Shown piece by piece: positions 30,648-36,482 of a DNA stretch of 64,000 nt. Origin of the DNA: Clostridia bacterium. GTDB taxonomy: Bacteria > Bacillota > Clostridia > UMGS1810. The notes below the pieces were generated by a model, which was given only the letters and a program-made list of their open reading frames with translations, did no database searches and had not been told where the DNA came from. The number at the start of each line of letters is the position of its first letter. The stretch's first letter is position 1. The stretch spans positions 52,025-116,024 of the forward strand of contig JAFVUE010000003.1 in the NCBI GenBank assembly GCA_017502845.1. The letters are read 5' to 3'. The position numbers and the translations under genes are program-made.

Positions 30648-31033
30648 GTAGGGTGTGGCGGTTCCCGACACACCGCAAGGGGTTTCCTTCGCAGATAAGG
30701 CAATGCAACCATCAACGGAACGTCGACAAGCGCCGTTCCCTACAACCGTTGAATATATGCAGTGCGCAACGTAGGGGCGACCAGCGGTCGTCCGTATCGT
30801 ACACCGCAAACATAAATAGTGCACATCGTAGGGGCGACCAGCGGTCGTCCGTATCGTACACCACAAACATAAATAGTGTGCATCGTAGGGTGTGGCGGTT
30901 TCCGACACACCGCAAGGGATTTCCTCGCAGATAAAGGTTGTTGGAATATGCATACAACGGGACATTCATGAATTCCCCATACAGGTTAAATATATGTAGT
31001 GCGTATTGTAGGGTACGGCGTCCTCGACGTCCC
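30648..31033. repeat. GTAGGG-anchored hairpin array 4 (7 units including two inverted doublets and a tandem 57-nt duplication)
   Basis: Units at 30648-30680, 30717-30743 (inverted), 30771-30794, 30828-30851, 30885-30917, 30959-30982 (inverted, degenerate) and 31008-31033. Confidence 0.85.
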
Positions 31034-31091
31034 GCCCATACAATTCCTTTCAAACATTTTCCACATCACGCAAAAAAGCAAGAGGAAAAAT

Positions 31092-31299
31092 ACGGTGCCT
31101 TCACATAGGGAATATTCGCCTTAAAACTTTATGAGAAGAACATAAAGTTTTGAGGTACAGCGCAGTTTTGAAAGAGAAATTTTGTCGTAAATAGGAATAA
31201 GAAAAAATCCCGTTATACTTTCGTATTACGGGATTTTTTATGAACTATTTACGGTAAATTGCCTTCCAAAACCGTTTCTTCTCTATGTGAAGGCACCGT
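31092..31299. mobile_element. 208-bp non-coding MITE-like element with 17-bp perfect terminal inverted repeats, inserted in the loop of the cassette terminator
   Basis: TIRs are ACGGTGCCTTCACATAG (31092-31108) and CTATGTGAAGGCACCGT (31283-31299). Internal hairpins lie at 31123-31151 and 31202-31239 (terminator-like). Intact empty-site homologs of the flanks occur at 21092-21125 and 36430-36460. Confidence 0.75.
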
Positions 31300-31337
31300 T
31301 AGTCTTGCTTTTTTAATTAACTATTCGTAATTATTGA

Positions 31338-33836
31338 TTATTCAATAACATCAACGATAGGAGCAAGCGTTGCCCAATCCCATACGAATACTTTTTCGAT
31401 ATCTGCCATATCGAATGCAAATGCTTTGTAAGCAGATTCGCTTGTTACGTCTTCGTATTTCTGGATTTCAACTGCACCTGCAGCTGTGCGAGCAACTACT
31501 GCGATATCCATTACTTCGCTCTCTGCAAGACCGAGGTTTGCAGGAACGATAGCGAGTGATGCACCACTTGCTGTGATTGCAGCATTTACAACTGCTTCTG
31601 TAGGAGCATCTGCAAATGAACCAATCTCAGCGAGGTATACGTTATCGAAGCCCCATGTTACCTGATGGTTAGCACCTGTAAAGGGATCAATTATACCATT
31701 GTATGTTCTGGGCGCACCTATAGCAGCATACTCCAAGCTTGTGATAGTGTCAACTGTTTTGTCTGCTTTCTGGAAGATATAACCACTCTGAACAAACTCA
31801 CCATCAAAGTAGATATAAGCTGTGTTGCTTTCTATATCAAGGATTGCCTTGTAATTGTGCCAATCATAGAAATCAGCATCGATAACAGCTTTCTTTGTAG
31901 TACCGTCGAGGTTTCGTGTCTGTGCCTGAAGTTCCTGACCGTAACGGGGGATACCGAACAATGAAACCTGCTCTCTGAATGTAGAACCGTCAGTGTATGT
32001 ACCTCTAACAAAGATGTTCATAAACTGACCTTCAGCAGTACCTGTGAAGTAAGAATATGTTGTCTGATCTTCGGGTTTGCCTTCAACTCTCATATCAGCG
32101 CTGAACTCAACAGCTCCGAGACCGGATGCTGTACTGGGAGCGTTCATTGCACCACCGGCTTCTGTGTTTGTTACAGCCATATATTTGCCTGTGTTACCAC
32201 CTGCAGTTTTGTACTCAACATAAGCACTTTCGCTGTAATCATAATGCTTGAGCTCCTCAGCAACATCGTCTTCAAAGCTATCATTTGTGAGAACTTCTAC
32301 TTCGCCTGCAGCTTCAAGACCGAAGATGAAGTATTCGTCAGAAACGAGTTCGTCACCTTCATATACTGCGACATCGCCATTAGCATCAACGATTTCAAAT
32401 CTGATTGAGTTGTAACCTGCTGCCAGAGGAGCATTATAGTTGTAAGCGCCATCTACGAGTGTGATAGGTGTCTTAACGCCATTTACATTAGCAACTGCTT
32501 TGCAACCTGCAGGGATGTTTGCTGCATTTACAGCAATCTGCATCTTTGTACCTGCGGGGAGAGTTGTCTCTGCGATAGCATTTGTTGCAAAAATAGCAGG
32601 CTCTGTGGGAGCAAAATCGTCATATACATCGGCCATAAAGTTGTCAACTGATGTGTATGTTCTAACTTTTCTAGGGTTGTAAGCTGTAGTCTTACCAACG
32701 CTCATGTTTTCGATAGAAGTAACTACAGCAGGAACCCATTTGTTCTTATCGGGATCACCGTCAGCTCTTGTAAGCTGGAAGCCGGCAATACAACCTGAAC
32801 CAACATAGATATCGTTGATATAACCGTATATTTTGTTGTTGGGCATATCGAAGATAACGCTGTAGTTGTTCCAGTCATCGTTGTAGTTATCAACAGTGAA
32901 TTTTACAGGAGTACCATCTGCAGCATAAGCAGTAAATGTGGGTTTACCTGTGTTTGTTGCGATTTCCCAGTAGTTAAGAGATCTTCTGTTCACCTCTGCT
33001 GTGTCGCCATCGTTATCAACGTCATAAGTATCAACGGATCTTGTGTAAGAACCTAAGATATTACCGTTTCTTGTTGTTGCAACGCCTGCATCACCAATAG
33101 CCATTGCTTTGAAACCGTCAGCTGTGCCTGCATCAATTGTGTTTACAACTGCGCCTGTATCATCAACGATTTCAGCATAGTCAGCACGCCAGTCAACGCT
33201 GAGCTTTACGATACCTGTGTAGCCACCCAAATTAGTACAAAATTCTGTGTTAGCACCTGCCTTCTTTGTGTAACCTTCAGCGGAGTTGGGGTCAGCTATC
33301 GCACCACCCCAGCCGATAAGCTGAACGTGAGTGTTTGTGCCTTCTGTAACTACATTAACATCGCGGGGAATCACACCGGGTGCATCATACCATGTGTTCT
33401 TCATACCTACGTCGTTGTAGCCGAATTTGTTACCAAGTTCGCCCGTAGCGTCGGGTTCGAATGTGGTGTCGATCACGTGCTGACCTGCACCGAGGTAAGA
33501 AAGACCGAATACTTTGATTGTTGCTGTCTGAGCAACAACTGTGTCGCCGTTCTTTACTGCAACGGAGATGTTGTTGTCACCTGCAGGAACTGTTACTGCA
33601 TAGTAACCGTCTGCTTTGGTAAGAGGAGCTGCTACACCATTGATTGTAGCAACTACTGTGTTACCCTCTGCAACATCACCTGTGTTTACGATGATCTTGG
33701 AACCAGCGGGAAGCTGTGCAAGATATTCACCGAAAGTGATAGTTGCGGGTGCAGCTGCTTCGTCAGCGAAAGCAACTGTTACCATACTGCTCATAACGAG
33801 TAATGCGCAGAGCAGCATTGATAAAATTTTCTTCAT
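31338..33836 (-). CDS. Secreted (Ig-like + LamG-like)x2 protein, paralog of 21152-23392 and 36483-39191
   Basis: Signal peptide MKKILSMLLCALLVMSSMVTVAFA. Cores DWNNYSVIFDMPNNKIYGYINDIYVGSG and DWHNYKAILDIESNTAYIYFDGEFVQSG. C-terminus ...EKVFVWDWATLAPIVDVIE. The start is moved to ATG 33836, because the ATG at 33845 sits 1 nt from the GAAAGGG RBS. Confidence 0.75.
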   Translation of the reverse strand: MKKILSMLLCALLVMSSMVTVAFADEAAAPATITFGEYLAQLPAGSKIIVNTGDVAEGNTVVATINGVAAPLTKADGYYAVTVPAGDNNISVAVKNGDTVVAQTATIKVFGLSYLGAGQHVIDTTFEPDATGELGNKFGYNDVGMKNTWYDAPGVIPRDVNVVTEGTNTHVQLIGWGGAIADPNSAEGYTKKAGANTEFCTNLGGYTGIVKLSVDWRADYAEIVDDTGAVVNTIDAGTADGFKAMAIGDAGVATTRNGNILGSYTRSVDTYDVDNDGDTAEVNRRSLNYWEIATNTGKPTFTAYAADGTPVKFTVDNYNDDWNNYSVIFDMPNNKIYGYINDIYVGSGCIAGFQLTRADGDPDKNKWVPAVVTSIENMSVGKTTAYNPRKVRTYTSVDNFMADVYDDFAPTEPAIFATNAIAETTLPAGTKMQIAVNAANIPAGCKAVANVNGVKTPITLVDGAYNYNAPLAAGYNSIRFEIVDANGDVAVYEGDELVSDEYFIFGLEAAGEVEVLTNDSFEDDVAEELKHYDYSESAYVEYKTAGGNTGKYMAVTNTEAGGAMNAPSTASGLGAVEFSADMRVEGKPEDQTTYSYFTGTAEGQFMNIFVRGTYTDGSTFREQVSLFGIPRYGQELQAQTRNLDGTTKKAVIDADFYDWHNYKAILDIESNTAYIYFDGEFVQSGYIFQKADKTVDTITSLEYAAIGAPRTYNGIIDPFTGANHQVTWGFDNVYLAEIGSFADAPTEAVVNAAITASGASLAIVPANLGLAESEVMDIAVVARTAAGAVEIQKYEDVTSESAYKAFAFDMADIEKVFVWDWATLAPIVDVIE

Positions 33837-33906
33837 TTTTATCATACCCTTTCTAAAAATAATTACTTAAGGTAATGGGCACATACGGACACAATACCAT
33901 ACTAAA

Positions 33907-33935
33907 ATTTTATACTATTTTTTGGCTTATGTCAA
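33907..33935 (-). promoter_or_regulatory. Candidate promoter of the 31338-33836 gene (TTGACA-17-TAAAAT)
   Basis: Minus-strand reading; -35 at 33930-33935, -10 at 33907-33912. A homologous arrangement occurs upstream of the 36483-39191 gene. Confidence 0.5.
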
Positions 33936-34140
33936 CGAACAGTTGACGATTATTTGTTTTTTGGTAATTGTGCTCAAAATTTCATATGAACAGTTGTGCT
34001 TTTTTACTTTTTCAGGTTGTTAAAATTCACTCACCTCCCTATTTTTCAAAGGAAATCGGGAATATTTGTGCAAATGGTTGTTTTTTGCTTTTTCTTGTCA
34101 AAATAAGCGGTGTCTTGAAAAATTGTGCTCATTTTGTATC

Positions 34141-34351
34141 GTAGGGTGTGGCGATTTCCGACACACCGCAAGGGATTTCCTCGCAGATAAGGCAATTCAA
34201 CCATCAACGGAACGTCGACAAGCGCCGTTCCCTACAACCGTTAAACATATGTAGTGCGCATCGTAGGGGACGGCGTCCTCGACGTCCCGCAATGTTTTCC
34301 CTCAAAACATATGTAGTGCGCATTGTAGGGTGGGCGTAGCAGATCTACACC
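34141..34351. repeat. GTAGGG-anchored hairpin array 5 (4 units)
   Basis: Units at 34141-34173, 34209-34235 (inverted), 34263-34288 and 34325-34351. Confidence 0.85.
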
Positions 34352-34370
34352 ATTTATGTTTTCCCGCAAA

Positions 34371-34398
34371 ACAAAAAGGTGTCTCTAAAAGAGACACC
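34371..34398 (-). terminator. Rho-independent terminator of the tandem-AbrB gene
   Basis: Stem ggtgtctc / gagacacc with loop taaaa, followed by a T-run on the minus strand. Confidence 0.75.
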
Positions 34399-34421
34399 CG
34401 AAAATTCAATATCCGACTATA

Positions 34422-34823
34422 TTACAGTTTTGATAACTGCTCTTTACATACTGCGCAGATACGCTTGTTCTTGAAATCCATAAGATCTGCAGAACTGCCA
34501 CAGAACACACATTTCTCCTCGTACTCCTTGAGCACGATGGCATCGCCCTCAACAAATATCTGCATAGCCGCTTTAAGTGGCAGAGAGAGCATCTTGCGAA
34601 GTTCCATAGGGATAACAGTTCTGCCAAGAGCATCAAGGGGTCTTACAATGCTTGTGGTTGCCTGACCCATAGCGGGAACATATTTCTTACAGACAATCTT
34701 ATTATCTGTAACATAAATCTCCATCTTGTCGCCCTCTTCGATACCAAGAGTTCGGCGAATCTCAATGGGAAATACAAGACGACCGAGGTCGTCAATTCTT
34801 CTGATAATGCCTGTTGCTTTCAT
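34422..34823 (-). CDS. AbrB/SpoVT-family DNA-binding protein with two tandem swapped-hairpin domains and a C-terminal CxxC...CxxC zinc-ribbon-like tail
   Basis: Domain 1 is TGIIRRIDDLGRLVFPIEIRRTLGIEEGDKMEIYV. Domain 2 is TSIVRPLDALGRTVIPMELRKMLSLPLKAAMQIFV. The tail is CVFCGSSADLMDFKNKRICAVC. Confidence 0.8.
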   Translation of the reverse strand: MKATGIIRRIDDLGRLVFPIEIRRTLGIEEGDKMEIYVTDNKIVCKKYVPAMGQATTSIVRPLDALGRTVIPMELRKMLSLPLKAAMQIFVEGDAIVLKEYEEKCVFCGSSADLMDFKNKRICAVCKEQLSKL

Positions 34824-34899
34824 ATTACTACCTCCGTTATATAAGCGGCATCACAATCCGGTGCCACCAATAAATACCCAATATTTAATTATCAAGTAT

Positions 34900-34928
34900 A
34901 TTATAGCACAAATTGTAAAAATATGTAA
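34900..34928 (-). promoter_or_regulatory. Candidate promoter of the tandem-AbrB gene (TTACAT-17-TGcTATAAT, extended -10)
   Basis: Minus-strand reading; -10 at 34900-34905 preceded by TGc, -35 at 34923-34928. Confidence 0.5.
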
Positions 34929-34996
34929 TGGCAAATATTGACAAAGTTTTATGGAAAATATTGTAGAAAATTATCCAAAATATTCCAAATTGGCAG

Positions 34997-35034
34997 AAAA
35001 AAGCTGCCACACAGGTTTACCCTGCCGCGGCAGC
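34997..35034 (-). terminator. Rho-independent terminator after yqeY
   Basis: Stem GCTGCC / GGCAGC (35003-35008 and 35029-35034) followed by TTTTTT on the minus strand. Confidence 0.6.
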
Positions 35035-35055
35035 CAAACTTTCTTCCTAAATCGC

Positions 35056-35502
35056 TTAAAGACCTAACAACTTCTTAACTGTTACATTAACAGCACCGCC
35101 GTCTGCTCTGCCGGTAATCTTCGGCATAACATCAGCCATAATCTTGCCCATATCTTTCATAGAAGTTGCGCCGAGTCGATCGATTGCTTCTTTAACAATC
35201 CCGTCTAATTCCTCCTGCGTTAATTGGGAAGGAAGATACCCAGTTAATACTTCGATTTCTCTCTTAAGCTCTGCGATCAGCTCATCACGGCCGCTCTTTT
35301 CATATTCGGGCAAAACGTCTTTACGTTTCTTGACTTCTTTAGCGATAACACCGATAACACCGTCATCATCAAGAGTGGTTTTAGAATCTTTCTCCACCTG
35401 AAGTACGGCGGCACGAACACTCTGAACAGCGTTCTTGCGGATGGTGTCCTTGTCCTTCATGGACTCTTTCAAATCCTGTGCAAGTTGTTCTTTCAAACTC
35501 AT
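35056..35502 (-). CDS. yqeY: GatB/YqeY domain-containing protein
   Basis: 148 aa, MSLKEQLAQDLKESMKDKDTIRKNAVQSVRAAVLQ..., in the typical position directly after rpsU. Confidence 0.85.
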   Translation of the reverse strand: MSLKEQLAQDLKESMKDKDTIRKNAVQSVRAAVLQVEKDSKTTLDDDGVIGVIAKEVKKRKDVLPEYEKSGRDELIAELKREIEVLTGYLPSQLTQEELDGIVKEAIDRLGATSMKDMGKIMADVMPKITGRADGGAVNVTVKKLLGL

Positions 35503-35524
35503 TGTTGCACCTTCTCAATATCGA

Positions 35525-35701
35525 TTATTTATAAGATCTTTTTCTTGCTGCTTCTGACTTCTTCTTGCGTTTTACGCTGGGCTTCTCATAGTGTTCTCTT
35601 TTTCTGAGTTCTGACAAAACACCGGCTTTCGCACACTGACGCTTAAATCTACGAAGCGCACTATCTAAAGACTCATTGTCCTTAATTCTGATTTCTGACA
35701 C
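35525..35701 (-). CDS. rpsU: 30S ribosomal protein S21
   Basis: (V)[57 protein letters not shown] start at 35701 with a GGAGGGAGGGA RBS; the ORF-track extension to 35770 is rejected. Confidence 0.9.
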   Translation of the reverse strand: MSEIRIKDNESLDSALRRFKRQCAKAGVLSELRKREHYEKPSVKRKKKSEAARKRSYK

Positions 35702-35901
35702 AAAAATCCCTCCCTCCGATATTGCAATTAGCGAAAATCGCTCCAATAATGGGATTAGACAAAATTGCACTTTATTATTATACTATTAAAAGTCAATATT
35801 GTCAACACTTATTTATAAAGAATATTCAATTAGTTGCAAGGGAGGTCTCCGTGCCAGCCCGAATGGAAATCCCCCGCAGATAAGGAGGTGCGGACATGAG
35901 C

Positions 35902-36404
35902 GGACAGTCGAGGACGCCTGTCCCTACAACGGTTGAACATAAATAGTGCGCATTGTAGGGTGTGGCGGTTTCCAACACACCGCAAAGATTTCCTCGCAGA
36001 TAAGACAATGCAACCATCAACGGAACGTCGACAAGCGCCGTTCCCTACAACCGTTAAATATATGTAGTGCGCATTTGTAGGGGATAATGCCCACATCGTC
36101 CCGCAATGGTTTTCTCAAAACATAGGTAGTGCACAACGTTGGGGCGACCAGCGGTCGTCCGTATCGTACACCACAAACATAAATAGTGTGCATCGTAGGG
36201 TGTGGCGGTTTCCGACACACCGCAAGGGGTTTCCTTCGCATATAAAGGTTGTTGGAATATGCATACAACGGGACATTCATGAATGTCCCCTACGGGTAAA
36301 TATATCCAGAGCACCTTTGTAGGGGACGGCGTCCTCGACGTCCCGTAATGTTTTTCTACAAAACATGTGTAGTACACATCGTAGGGAATGGATTTATCCA
36401 TTCC
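35902..36404. repeat. GTAGGG-anchored hairpin array 6 (9 units), colinear with array 4 over its gene-proximal part
   Basis: Units at 35902-35927 (inverted), 35955-35987, 36022-36048 (inverted), 36077-36102, 36138-36161 (GTTGGG variant), 36195-36227, 36270-36293 (inverted), 36319-36344 and 36381-36404. Confidence 0.85.
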
Positions 36405-36429
36405 GTTATTTAATCCAACCAAAAAAAGA

Positions 36430-36460
36430 AAAAGCAAGAGGAAAAATCCTCTTGCTTTTT
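36430..36460 (-). terminator. Rho-independent terminator of the 36483-39191 gene (same hairpin as 21092-21125)
   Basis: aaaagcaagagg aaaaat cctcttgcttttt. Confidence 0.85.
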
Positions 36461-36482
36461 ATTCACTTTGAATTATTACAGA

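Noticed and set aside
30648-31033. CRISPR-like appearance of the arrays (regularly spaced GC-rich palindromes)
   Set aside because: The palindromic units differ from one another, while the sequences between them are the conserved part. Spacing is irregular, orientation flips, and there are no cas genes or leader. These are not CRISPR arrays.
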